Of a stretch of DNA of 64,000 nt, positions 12,725 to 25,110 are shown in pieces (the stretch's first letter is position 1; each line of letters opens with the position of its first letter). This stretch comes from Malacoraja senta (taxonomy: Eukaryota), in assembly GCA_038087875.1 (NCBI GenBank), contig JAXLNO010000356.1, positions 62,001 through 126,000 of the forward strand, given 5' to 3'. The position numbers were made by a program, and so were the translations under genes. The notes beneath the pieces are model-generated. The model was not told where the DNA came from, did no database searches, and saw only the letters and a program-made list of their open reading frames with translations.

Positions 12725-15621
12725 ATGAAGGTAGAAGCAATAGGTAGCAAGGTGAAAAGTAAAAGTGGCAGGCAGACAAATCCAGGGCAAAAATCAAAAA
12801 GGGCCACTTTACAACATAATTGTATAAGGGGTAAGAGCATTGTAAAAACAAGCCTGAAGGCTTTGTGTCTCAATGCAAGGAGCATTCGTAATAAGATGGA
12901 TGAGTTGAATGTGCAGATAGCTATTAATGATTATGATATAGTTGGGATCACGGAGACATGGCTCCAGGGTGACCAAGGCTGGGAGCTGAACATCCAGGGA
13001 TATTCAATATTCAGGAGGAGTAGACAGAAAGGAAAAGGAAGTGGGGTAGCTTTGCTGGTTAGAGAGGAGATTAACGCAATAGAAAGGAAGGACATTAGCT
13101 TGGAGGATGTGGAATCGATATGGGTAGAGCTGCGAAACACGAAGGGGCAGAAAACGCTAATGGGTGTTGTGTACAGGCCACCTAACAATAGTAGTGGAGT
13201 TGGGGATGGCATCAAACAGGAAATTAGAAATGCGTGCAACAAAGGTAAAACAGTTATAATAGGTGACTTCAATCTACATATAGATTGGGTGAATCAAATT
13301 GGCAGGGGTGCTGAGGAAGAGGATTTCTTGGAATGTATGCGGGATAGTTTTCTAAACCAACATGTAGAGGAGCAAACGAGAGAGCAGGCTATTCTAGACT
13401 AGGTATTGAGTAATGAGGAAGGGTTAGTTAGCAGTCTTGTTGTGCGTGGCCCCTTGGGTAAGAGTGACCATAATATGGTTGAGTTCTTCATTAGGATGGA
13501 GAGGGACATTGTTAATTCAGAAACAAGAGTTGTGAACTTAAAGAAAGGTAGCTTTGAGGGTATGAGACGTGAATTGGCCAAGATTGACTGGCAATTGATT
13601 CTTAAAGGATTGACGGTGGATATGCAATGGAAGGCATTTAAAGACTGCATGGATGAACTACAACAATTGTTCATCCCAGTTTGGCAAAAGAATACATCAG
13701 GGAAGGTAGTGCATCCGTGGATAACAAGGGAAATCAGGGATAGTATCAAAACAAAAGATGAAGCGTACAAATTAGCCAGAAAAAGCAGCCTATCAGAGGA
13801 CTGGGAGAAATTCAGAGTCCAGCAGAGGAGGACAAAGGGCTTAATTAGGAAAGGGAATATAGATTATGAAAGAAAACTGGCAGGGAACATAAAAACTGAC
13901 TGCAAAAGCTTTTATAGATATGTGAAGAGAAAAAGATTAGTTAAAACAAATGTAGGTCCCTTGCAGTCAGAAACAGGTGAATTGATGATCATGGGGAACA
14001 AGGACATGACAGACCAATTGAATAACTACTTTGGTTCTGTCTTCACTAAGGAAGACATAAATAATCTGCCGGAAATAGCAGGGGACCGCGGGTCAAATGA
14101 GATGGAGGAACTGAGTGAAATCCAGGTTAGCCGGGAAGTGGTGTTAGGTAAATTGAATGGATTAAAGGCCGATAAATCCCCAGGGCCAGATAGGCTGTAT
14201 CCCAGAGTACTTAAGGAAGTCGCCCCAGAAATAGTGGATGCATTAGTGATAATTTTTCAAAACTCCTTAGATTCTGGAGTAGTTCCTGAGGATTGGAGGG
14301 TAGCTAATGTAACCCCACTTTTTAAAAAGGGAGGGAGAGAGAAAATGGGGAATTACAGACCAGTTAGTCTAACATCGGTAGTGGGGAAACTGCTAGAGTC
14401 AGTTATTAAAGATGGGATAGCAGCACATTTGGAAAGTGGTGAAATCATTGGACAAAGTCAGCATCGATTTACAAAATCTGACGAATCTTATAGAATTTTT
14501 CGAGGATGTAACTAGTACAGTGGATAAGGGAGAACCAGTGGATGTGTTATATCTGGACTTTCAGAAGGCTTTCGACAAGGTCCCACATAAGAGATTAGTA
14601 TACAAACTTAAAGCACACGGTATTGGGGGTTCAATATTGATGTGGATAGAGAACTGGCTGGCAAACAGGAAGCAAAGAGTAGGAGTAAACAGGTCCTTTT
14701 CAGAATAGCAGGCAGTGACTAGTGGGGTACCGCAAGGCTCAGTGCTTGGACCCCAGCTATTTACAATATATATTAATGATTTGGACGAGGGAATTGAATG
14801 CAACATCTCCAAGTTTGCGGATGACATGAAGCTGGGGGGCAGTGTTAGCTGTGAGGAGGATGCTAGGAGGCTGCAAGGTGAGTGGGGAAAATGCATGGCA
14901 GATGCAGTATAATGTGGATAAATGTGAGGTTATCCACTTTGGTGGCAAAAACAGGAAATTAGACAATTATCTGAATGGTGGCTGATTAGGAAAAGGGGAG
15001 ATGCAACGAGACCTGGGTGTCATGGTACACCAGTCATTGAAAGTAGGCATGCAGGTGCAGCAGGCAGTGAAGAAAGCGAATGGTATGTTAGCATTCATAG
15101 CAAAATAATTTGAGTAGAGGAGCAGGGAGGTTCTACTGCAGTTGTACAGGGTCTTGGTGAGACCACACCTGGAGTATTGCGTATAGTTTTGGTCTCCAAA
15201 TCTGAATCCAATTCTTGCCATAGAGGGAGTACAGTGAAGGTTCACCAGACTGATTCCTGGGATGTCAGGACTTTCATATGAAGATGGACTCGGCTTGTAC
15301 TCGCTAGAATTTAGAAGATTGAGGGGGAATCTTATAGAAACTTACAAAATTCTTAAGGGGTTGGACAGGCTAGATGCAGGAAGATTGTTCCCGATGTTGG
15401 GGAAGTCCAGGACAAGGGGTCACAGTTTAAGGATAAAGGGGAAATCTTTTAGGAGTGAGATGAGAAAAACATTTTTCACACAGAGAGTGGTGAATCTCTG
15501 CAATTCTCTGCCACAGAAGGTAGTTGAGGCCAGTTCATTGGCTATATTTAAGATGGAGTTAGATGTGGCCCTTGTGGCTAAAGGGATCAGGGGGTATGGA
15601 GAGAAGGCAGGTACAGGATAG
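12725..15621 (+). pseudogene. CR1 ORF2 (APE endonuclease + reverse transcriptase), broken by stops and frameshifts
   Basis: LNARSIRNK, GITETWL, VYRPP, GDFN, SDH (APE); [25 protein letters not shown] (RT); split over at least five ORFs. Confidence 0.95.
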
Positions 15622-15957
15622 TTGGATGATCAGCCATGATCATATTGAATGGCGGTGCAGGCTCGAAGGGCCGAATGGCCTACTCCTGCACCTATTTTCT
15701 ATGTTTCTATGTGATATGTATCTGGAGATATAGCTTGAGGTGTTTATGCTCAGTGTTGTATTTGAAAGGGGAAGTCATATTGCTCTGCACCACCTTCAGA
15801 CCTAGGTGTGAAAGTCAGAGATAAGATGACTTATAAAGGAGGATGTTGTTGGCAGTTCGGTCTGGGACTACTGGCAAATATTTAACAATGTTTAGATCCA
15901 TAGTTCCAGCAGCTTCCACTGCCTGGTGGAATTAAAATGAACTAGTGACCTATAATG

Positions 15958-16104
15958 GGGTTGGGAGATTGCAACCTTCACGTGGTCCGCCCTGTTTCGA
16001 CGAATGCAATCAACCTGGCGTGCACAAACAAGTAAGATCAAATAGAACAAGTTGTCCTACAACTTTAGGCTGTGCACGCCATACGCAAGAAGAAGAAGAA
16101 GAAA
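15958..16104 (+). mobile_element. Short retroposed insertion with (GAA)n tail (RTE-type 3' end or SINE)
   Basis: Flanked by TGACCTATAATG (15946-15957) and TGGCCTATAATG (16105-16116); (GAA)n tail. Confidence 0.7.
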
Positions 16105-16989
16105 TGGCCTATAATGAAGAAAACCCGACAGGGACATGGTTTTTGTGACATGCACATCATTTGTTAGTGAAGGAAAGAATGGGATTGTGTGCTTCCAACC
16201 ATCAGGCTGAAGCTATCACTGTGACCTTCTACAATAGCTAGATTGTTGAAAAATAATTAAGTATGAGCTTGAGCTGACTCATTCATTCTGACTGGAGGTC
16301 CTTATAAGAGAAGCATAGATACCATATAATGTTTTTGTCAACAGTGTGCTCTTTGTATTAAATTAATAATTTAAAGTTTATGACCTGTGCATCTGTGTCC
16401 TTGTCCATTGTATTATTTATGTCACTATACTCTATATTGGCCGCCTTATAAACTACATTTTGGAAATGTCATTGGTTCCGCAACTTCAGTCACATACTTG
16501 ATCAGTGCTATTGTCTAAACAGATTATCAGTTTGCACGAATGTTAATTTCATGTCAGGCCAGTGATGCAGCATATTATTTTGAACATTAACTGTGAGAAA
16601 TGCTAAGCATTGAATAGTATGGGCTGCAGGGAGCTTCCAGTAAACTAAAGCTGAGAACTTGGAACTTTGGAAATGTAACCAAGTTTAATGAACCGGCAGA
16701 AAAGGTCAACAATAAGTTGGTTAATGTTGTGCCAGATCACAAGCTGGTTAACAATTTGCTAGATCACAAGTTAATTCCTATTTACGTAATTCTCTTGGGA
16801 AAGGATTTTATCTCTCTTATGGATTAGTTGTAGAAAAGTAAACTTAATGCACCAACAATAATTTTACAAATGTTTACCTTGTGTCAGGATTCTGTTCCGT
16901 TCCAGAAAATGATCCATAAGGTGATATGGCTCAGTTTCTCATTCTCATTCTCAAACTCATTCTCAGTGAGAAGTGTCCATGTTCAAGGC

Positions 16990-17392
16990 TCAAGTCAAGT
17001 CAAGTCACTTTTATTTCTATAGCACATTTAAAAAACAACTCTCGTTGACCAAAGTGCTTTACATTGGTGGAGGTACTAACGTTATACAACAGTGGTTCAT
17101 AGATTAAGTACATACATAAATACATACATATAGCCCTCCGTCAGAGGACGTCAAGAAAGGCTTGAGAGTAAAGATGAGTTTTAAGTCTCGATTTAAAAGA
17201 GTCGATGGAGGGGGCAGTTCTGATGGGAAGAGGGATGCTGTTCCACTTTCTAGGAGCTGCATCCGCAAAGGCGCGGTCGCCCCTGAGCTTATGCCTAGAC
17301 CGCGGGATGTTCAGTAACCCCAAGTCGGCCGATCTCAGGGACCTGGAGGTGGTGTGGTGGGTAAGCAGACTTTTGATGTAGGTGGGGGCAAG
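16990..17392 (-). mobile_element. L2-clade LINE 3' fragment
   Basis: 'GLLNIPRSRHKLRGDRAF..AAPRKWNSIP..FKSRLKTHLY' is an L2-type C-terminus; (CAAGT)n tail on +. Confidence 0.85.
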
Positions 17393-17485
17393 GCTGCTCT
17401 TATTGTATCACTATACAGTGTATATACACTTGCTCTCATTCTATTGTCTAATGGAATATATACTGTATCCAATCATTAATAAATA

Positions 17486-17841
17486 CAGGTCCAGCACCGA
17501 TTTTCCTGCATCCTTGATTCCCGAGCCTTTCTGGACTATCCATTTTGCCGGACCAACAGAGATCAGGGCCTCCGAGAGATGTCAGCTCACAAAGTCAGCT
17601 ATAGGAACGGATCTGCTGCCTCCGGCTGGGCTGGAGTTCCAGAGCTCCGGACGCATGGGGGCAAATTCGACCCGCCGATCAGCGCGGAGGTCCCCATGAG
17701 GTTGAGATCGGCCGCCTCACCGTCCTAGGCGCCACATTTTCGTGGGACTTCCAGGCAGAATTCCAAGAGCGCTCTCGTAATTTTTTCCGGATTAAAGGAG
17801 GTGCCGGACCACCGGTTGCTGGAAAATCGGTGGTGGACCTG
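17486..17841. mobile_element. Non-autonomous DNA transposon (MITE) with 25-bp TIRs, Tc1/mariner-pogo-like
   Basis: Left CAGGTCCAGCACCGATTTTCCTGCA vs reverse-complemented right CAGGTCCACCACCGATTTTCCAGCA (23/25); TA on the left, TG on the right. Confidence 0.75.
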
Positions 17842-17996
17842 TGCTGTTAAACATTTTACTCTACTATCTTGAAAAATCCCTTAAAAATATATGGGGGAAA
17901 TTGTGTGGTCATATTTCTATTAGTCATGTCACATGTAATCTGGGGAGCTCATGTGTCATAAAATGTAACTTGAAAAAAATGTCATTGTATCCATGC

Positions 17997-19737
17997 CTGG
18001 ATTTTATGTTTTGTCAGTCCCCTGGAGAATCCTATTCTACTCACTTCAGTATTGAAGACAAATTTTTCCCTTGGGTTTATCCCAGAAATGAATTCTGGAA
18101 TAATACATAATATCCATGCCACAGTACAGTAAAACTCTAAGGAGATGGTACCCAATTGTTTGGAAGTCCATGTCGTTCAGCATCTACTTGCTCCTTAACC
18201 CAGAGTGCACATGGTGTAGCACAAGGTCATAAGGAATAGGAGTAGAATTAGGCCATTTGGCCCATCAAGTCTACTCTGCCATTCAATCATGGCTGATCTC
18301 TCACCCTCCTAGCCCCATTCTCCCCATAACCTCTGACACCTGTACTAATCAAGAATCTATCTATCTCTGCCTTAAAAATATCCACTGACTTGGCCTCTAC
18401 ACCCTTCTGTGGCAAATAATTCCACAGATTCACCACCGTCTGACTAAAGATAACCTCTGAGGGCTGTGGCCCAGACTCGAGCATAGATTGGAATCAAGAA
18501 TAGTGAGTGGATAGGTTGTTGGTTTGAGCTTGTTCTTTTTCAACGTATTTTTACATGCTGCAACTCGCTGGATTCTATTTCCTACTCTTTTTAAATTCTC
18601 ATATTAAAAAAAAAAAATAAGAGAGGGAGAGAGAAAACGGGGAATTACAGACCAGTTAGTCTAACATCGGTAGTGGGGAAACTGCTAGAGTCAGTTATTA
18701 AAGATGGGATAGCAGCACATTTGGAAAGTGGTGAAATCATTGGACAAAGTCAGCATGGATTTACGAAAGGTAAATCGTGTCTGACGAATCTTATAGAATT
18801 TTTCGAGGATGTAACTAGTAGAGTGGATAGGGGGAACCAGTGGATGTGTTGTATCTGGTCTTTCAGAAGGCTTTCGACAAGGTACCACATAAGAGATTAG
18901 TATACAAACTTAAAGCACACGGTATTGGGGGTTCAGTATTGATGTGGATAGAGAACTGGCTGGCAAACAGGAAGCAAAGAGTAGGAGTAAACGGGTCCTT
19001 TTCAGAATGGCAGGCAGTGACTAGTGGGGTACCACAAGACTCAGTGCTTGACCCCAGCTATTTACAATATATATTAATGATTTGGACGAGGGAATTGAAT
19101 GCAACATCTCCAAGTTTGCGGATGACATGAAGCTGGATTTTATGTTTTGTCAGTCCCTGGAGAATCCTATTCTACTCACTTCAGTATTGAAAGACAAATT
19201 TTCCCTTGGGTTTATCCCAGAACTGAATTCTGGAATAATACATAATATCCATGCCACAGTACAGTAAAACTCTGAGGAGCTGGTACCCAATTGTTTGGAA
19301 GTCCATGACGTTCAGCATCTATCTTGCTCCTTAACCCAGAGTGCACTTATGGTGTGGCACAAGGTCATAAGGAATAGGAGTAGAATTAGGCCATTTGGCC
19401 CATCAAGTCTACTCTGCCATTCAATCATGGCTGAATCTCTCACCCTCCTAGCCCCATTCTCCCCATAACCTCTGACACCCTGTACTAATCAAGAATCTAT
19501 CTATTTCTGCCTTAAAAATATCCACTGACTTGGCCTCTACAAATAATTCCACAGATTCACCACCGTCTGACTAAAGATAACCTTTGAGGGCTGTGGTCCA
19601 GACTCAAGCATAGATTGGAATCAAGAATAGTGAGTGGATAGGTTGTTGGTTTGAGCTTGTTCTTTTTCAACGTATTTTTACATGCTGCAACTCGCTGGAT
19701 TCTATTTCTTACTCCTTTTAAATTCTCATATTTAAAA
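17997..19737. repeat. ~0.6-kb direct duplication (17997-~18610 / 19133-~19737) separated by an internal CR1 RT fragment (~18621-19136)
   Basis: Both copies start CTGGATTTTATGTTTTGTCAG and end AAATTCTCATAT; the spacer matches 14331-14835. Confidence 0.9.
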
Positions 19738-19956
19738 CAAAAATGAAGCTAAAGTGTGTTGTGGCATTAACAGGAGTAATGTCCATGAGTCTGTAAATCT
19801 GTGTGCTTAGGACCCACCAAGGTAGCGGGTGCTGGTCATTGGAATTTTACCCCCAAAAATGTGATGTAAGAACAAAACTTGTTGAAAGCTTAGCAGTGTA
19901 GGGAGGAGCTGCAAATGCTGGTTTACACCAAAGATAGACACAAAATGTTGGAGTAA

Positions 19957-20291
19957 TAGCCCTGTCCCATGGTGCGAGTACATTCTAAGAGCTCTCCCGG
20001 GTTTAAAAAAAAACAACTCGTGGTAAGCACGGAGAATGAACGTAGCGGGTACGTCGGAGCTCGGGGACGTCGGAGCTCGGGGACGTCTCTTAGCGCTAAT
20101 GGCAGGTACTCGGGAAGACTCGCTAACGGCAGGTAAGCACGGGAAAACCCGTGAAGATTTTTCAACATGATGAAAAATATCCACGAGAGCCCCGAGTACC
20201 GACGAGTGGCCATTACCGTAAATCTCCGAGTTCGAATCAGGGCAAACTCGGGAGAACTCTTGGAATGAACTCGTACCGTGGGACAGGAGTT
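19957..20291. mobile_element. PIF/Harbinger-type MITE (group A) inserted in a Penelope-derived repeat
   Basis: CCTGTCCCA..TGGGACAGG TIRs; TAA duplicated within host GGAG-TAA-CTC. Confidence 0.8.
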
Positions 20292-21589
20292 TAACTCGGA
20301 GGGACAGGCGGCATCTCTGGATAGAAGGGATGGGTGACATTTCGGGTCATGACACCTTCTTCAGACTTAGCAGGTCAGGTAACAACTACGGAAAGTGGCA
20401 CAGAGTTATCATTTCCGGTCTGATGATGTGTCTCCACCTCAGTGAAAAATATTTCTACAGATGTTGCCTGGTCTGCTATTTCTAGCCTTTTCTGTTTTGG
20501 TGTCAGATCTATTATTAAATAACTTGCCTGAACCTTTCCTGCATGGAGCTTGGTGCTTGTCGCACTTCTTGCAATGTTGCAATGTAAAAGAATGGTATCC
20601 AAAATTTACTACAAAGGTAAGTGGTCTGTTTCTAGATGATGTGTCTGAGCGCTTCAGTCAGATCGTGACACAGTGACTGTGTTGCATTGATCACCTGATC
20701 CAACCTACAGAGCTCAGTGTAAATGCTGGACTCTCATTTTTCTATTTTTACTTTTGCCTGCGTCAAGCTCGTTGCAAACGGCTCTGAGATTATCTTTGTA
20801 TGTTAATATTTTGCTTATGTTTTTGTTAGTGTTTTAACATTCTGCGCAGGCACCACTAGCACTGTAAATGTCTATAGTCATGTGCTTTTATAGAAAAAAA
20901 ATAGCTGCAGGTTTTGTTTGTATTTAAGTAAGTAAATAAGTTTATTGGCCAAGTATTCACATACAAGGAATTTGCCTTGGTGCTCTGCCCACAAGTAACA
21001 ACATGACATACAGTGACAGTTACGAATGACTCGGAAAACACTAAACAATAATAATAAAACATTAATGATAAAACACCATTGATCAAGCATGTGAACCAAA
21101 TGGAAATAAGTTGGAGAAGGGTATTGTGATGTGAGTTCTTACATAAACATTGACTTGAAGGACCAAGTCTCAACCTCCGATGTCATAAAGAAATATGAAA
21201 ACAAGAAAACTGCAAAAAGTTGCATTATTTTGAAATATAATGAAATGCCGACTGTTAACAAAATGTTTTCCCATGAAAAATACGTAACTTCAGCCTAGTT
21301 AAAATTAGATTTCATGGGTGAATTATTTTATGGACAAAAGTGAGCTGGTTTTATGTTTTGGATATCAATTAACTGAAACTGTTTCACTGCTGTCAGCAGA
21401 GATTTGTAAGGAGATTAGAGTTGGAAGGAACTGCAGATGCTGGTTTAGACCGAAGATAGACACAAAAAGCTGGAGTAACTCAGTGGGAGAGGCAGCATCT
21501 CTGGAGAGAAGGAAGGGTCATATTTCTGGTCGAGACCATTCCTCATACTTGTGAGGAGATTATGCTGTCTCTTTACTGAAAGCTGATGG

Positions 21590-22302
21590 TTCAAAAGTTT
21601 CAAAGGTCTTTTATTGTCACGTGTACCAATTAAGGTATAATGATATGCAAATTGCCATACGGAAAAAAAAAGCAACAAGACACACAACTACATAAAAGTT
21701 AACATAAACATCCACCACAGTGATGGAAGGCAAAAAAGTCCAATCTTTTTCCTCTTTATTCTCCCGCGGTCAGGGCAGTTGAACTATCTGCAGTCGGGGC
21801 GATCGAAGCTCCCACAGCCAGTGGTCGAAGCCCTCACGTCGGGGCAATCGAAGCTCCCGTGTCGGAACGGTCGAAGCTCCAGCGGCTTGGAGCTCCCTGA
21901 AATCGTCTCTAACCAGAGACTGCGAGCTCCGCGATGTTAAAGTCTACAGGTACCCAAGGTTGGAATTCCGAGGTCGGTCCCTGACGAAGGGATCGCGGGC
22001 TCTGTGATGGTAAGTCCATAAGCTCCCCGCAATGGAGCTCCCGGTCGATCTCCAGCAAAGGCCACCAACTCCTCGATGTTAGGCCGCAGTGCGGACAGAG
22101 ATACGATACGGAAAAAAACGATACCTCCGTTGAGGTAAGAGATTCAAAAAAGTTTCCCCCAACTCCCCTCCCCCCACCCCCCACATAAAAGAAGCTAAAG
22201 AACACTAAAAACATACATTTAACACATACAAAACAGACATAAAGAAGGAAAGGACAGACAGACTGTTGGCGAGGCAGCCATTGCCGGCGCCACCCAGTGG
22301 TG
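21590..22302 (-). mobile_element. GC-rich non-coding retroposon-like element with a Rex1-like 3' tail
   Basis: Head homologous to the 28653 element; tail GGTACACGTGACAATAAAA (on -) resembles the Rex1 end near 10250. Confidence 0.65.
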
Positions 22303-22379
22303 AAATGTCAACTGTGCATTTCCGCTGCTTTCTATCAGTATCTGAGAAATAGTTCATCGCTTTAAGGGTAATTCCTTCA

Positions 22380-22968
22380 CATTGGTGAAACCAAGTGTGG
22401 ACAAGGCAACCTTTTAGGCCAAACACTTGCGCTCTATCTGCCAAAAATTGTTGGAGCTCCTGGTTGCTAACCATTCTAACTTGTCTTCTCATTCCCATCC
22501 TGACTTTTCCATTCTTGGCCTCCTCCACTGCCAAACACATCCAAACTAGAAGAACAGCACCTCATATTCAACATGGATAGCTTATAACCTGGGGTATGGA
22601 CATTGAATTCTTCAATTCAATGATCATTTCCCCTCCTGCTCCATTTCCCCCATATTTCCCTTTATGCCAATCTCCCCTTTCCCTTGTCCCCTTCCACCCA
22701 TATCTTTCCTTCTGGCTTTGCATTTCACTCATCTTCTTTCGTTAGCTGAAACTCTTTTGTCTCGTTTTCACTTCTAGTCTTAGTCACCATTTGCACCCAA
22801 CTACCAATCACCCCCCCCACCCCGACTTGAACCCACAGTCTGAAGAAGGGTCTCGACCTGACATGATACCCATTCCTTCTCTCCAGAGATGCTGCTTGAC
22901 CCGCTGAGTTACTCCAGCTTTTGTGCCTATCTTCAGTTTAAACCAGCATCTGCAGTTCCTTCCTACCC
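22380..22968 (+). mobile_element. Penelope-like element 3' part (decayed GIY-YIG + terminal repeat)
   Basis: Homologous to 46238-46661 and to the reverse complement of 56204-56542. Confidence 0.75.
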
Positions 22969-23387
22969 ATCTATCACGTACCAGGCTTTGCCCCACGCCT
23001 ACCTCTCTTTCCCAGCTTTTGGCCCTGTAATTCATCTGTCTGAAGAAGGTTCCTGGCCAATATATAAGTGGAGTAAGACCCTTGTATTCAAATTCTCTGT
23101 AACAAAGGCCAGCGTACTGGTTGCCTTCCAAGTTGTATTATCCTGTACCTTCATTTGACTTCAGTGATCTGTATAGTTCAGCTAAACAGTCAATGAGTCT
23201 GGCACGTTTAAAAAAAAAAAATCAGTCTTTCTTCCAAAGTTGATGACATTGCATTTTCCACATTAGAATCAGAATTGTAAAGTGTTTGGAATAGACAAAG
23301 GTGGCGTATAAATGAAAGTCTGTCTGTCTGTTTGCGTAATGCCTCTTCTAACTGGCTGCAGCTTCAATATACCAAGATTAAGTGTGT

Positions 23388-23530
23388 AAGAAAGAACTGC
23401 AGATGCTGGTATAAATCTAAGGTGGACACAAAAAGCTGGAGTAACTCAACGGGTGAGGCAGCATCTCGCATTCCTTCTCTCCAGAGATGCTGCCTCACCC
23501 GCTGAGTAACTCCAGCTTTTTGTGTCCACC
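23388..23530. repeat. Fold-back palindrome of the Penelope-derived terminal repeat
   Basis: Arms 23421-23467 and 23484-23530 are near reverse complements. Confidence 0.85.
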
Positions 23531-23569
23531 AAGGATAAATAATGCACGACAAGGTGCAGTGCAGAACAT

Positions 23570-24230
23570 GTCTGGAGGTACTCAGTGGGTCAGGCAGAAT
23601 TTGTGGAGGGAATGGACAGATGACGTTTCGGGTTAGAACCTCTTGACAAAGGTTAGATCTGAAAAAGGTGTAGAATAAGGAGGAAAAACGAGGAATAGAA
23701 TGTAAAGCTGGAGGGAGGGATATGGGTGGGTGGGAAAGAAGGCGAATGAGAGGGAAATGGGAGACTTGGTGATGGGGAATGAGTGTGGGAAGGAGGGTAA
23801 AGGAGCAGTGTGACTCGGGGAGAGGTGTATAGTGGAAGATGGTGGGAGTAGTGTGTGCTCACTGTGGTGTTGAGGCCACGGGGAAGAGATGAGTGGTATT
23901 TCTTGCAATTCGAGAATTCAATGTTTTATAGAGTTAGTTGTAAGGTACCCAAGCGGAATATGAGGTGCAGTTTCCCCAGATACGTTGGTATGGGAATGCT
24001 AAGGGGGAGTTAAAATGGTGAGTAACTGGGAGCTCCAGCAGGCCTTGGCGGACAGAGTAAGTAATTGGTGTAACGGTCGCTTAGTCTATGCTCGGTCTTG
24101 CCACATCTGGAGCTCCAAGTGCAAAGTTTGAAGAAGTGCATGTGAAAGTCTGTCTCACCTGGAAGGGCTGTTGGGGTCCCTGGATGGAATTGAGGGGAGA
24201 AGTTCAGCGACAGTTATTACATATCTGATA
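23570..24230 (-). mobile_element. Older Penelope-like element 3' part
   Basis: Similar to 55940-56650 (e.g. GGGGAGTTAAAATGG, CACCTGGAAGG). Confidence 0.7.
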
Positions 24231-24237
24231 TCTCTAA

Positions 24238-24674
24238 AGGGCCTGTCCCTTGTAGGCGAAACAGGCGACTAGGCTGTTGCCACATGGTCGCTGGGGTGTC
24301 GCCTGTATGGTCGTGAGTAGTCTCCTCAGTCGCGCAAAGAGCCGTAGCATTTTTCCGGTCGCCGCTGGATTTTGAAATGTTCAAAACTTTTTGGCGACAG
24401 TCAGCGACTGGGGGCTTGTCGTAGCTTGTTTTCTCCTGACGTAGGTGCTGTCATAGGTTGTCGTAGGTTGTCGCCAGGATGGCCTAGACTGTCACCAGGT
24501 GACATAGGTTGCCACCGGTGCTGACTTCGGTGAGTTCCATTGTCGTAGTCACCAGTGGTCGCCATAAAAATCGGCAAGTAGGACAGGCCCATTAGTTGGT
24601 TTTTCGGCGACCTGTTACGACTATGACAGTCGCTGGCAGTCGCCCCAAAAAAATCGCCTAGTGGGACAGGCCCT
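24238..24674. mobile_element. PIF/Harbinger-type MITE (group B), compound with two right ends
   Basis: TAA-AGGGCCTGTCCC ... GGGACAGGCCCT-TAA; extra internal end GGACAGGCCCA-TTA at ~24581-24594. Confidence 0.85.
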
Positions 24675-24899
24675 TAACACAGCATTCTCAGATATTTCTG
24701 CCACCTTCAACATGATCCCACCACCAGCCACATCTTGCCATCCCCAGCCCTTTCCATTTCCCAAAGAGACCACTCCCTCTGCAACTCCTTGGTTTATTCA
24801 TCCTGAAAAGGTAAATGCTTTTATAATATATAATATATATATTATGGAATCCTAGACCAGGTTATAGCTTATATTTCGTCTTAAGCAGGCCTTCTCCAG

Positions 24900-25110
24900 T
24901 AGATTGATAAGAGAGAGAGACAAGCCCAGGCTTGCCCGGGTTACTGTGTATTGAGACAATGACCGATGACTTTGAAATGCGTCTACCAATTGATGAGAGA
25001 GAGAAGCCCAGACTAGTCCCAGTGAGGTGTATTGAGACAATGACCGATGTCTTTGAAATGTGCAATGACCGATGCCTTTGAAATGCGCAATTGACAAGAG
25101 AGAGACGCAT
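24900..25110. repeat. Nested tandem repeat (~87-bp unit with ~24-bp subunit)
   Basis: CAATGACCGATG.CTTTGAAATG three times; ATTGA..AGAGAGAGA three times. Confidence 0.7.

Larger units (their letters stand above)
11944..15711 (+). mobile_element. Long 5'-truncated CR1 LINE (partial ORF1, disrupted ORF2, 3' UTR)
   Basis: Esterase ORF1, then APE and RT motifs in order; TTTCTATGTTTCTATGT tail. Confidence 0.95.

Noticed and set aside
16888..16926. Possible 33-bp exon (DSVPFQKMIHK)
   Set aside because: Weak donor (GTGATA) and too short to support
19807..20340. 177-aa ORF and similar ORFs at 28742-29233 and 49525-49830
   Set aside because: They run across GC-rich non-coding repeats and show no transposase or RT motifs
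20461..20623. Possible exon ending at AAG|GTAAGT
   Set aside because: The acceptor region looks like a decayed Penelope-repeat tail and the peptide is unrecognised
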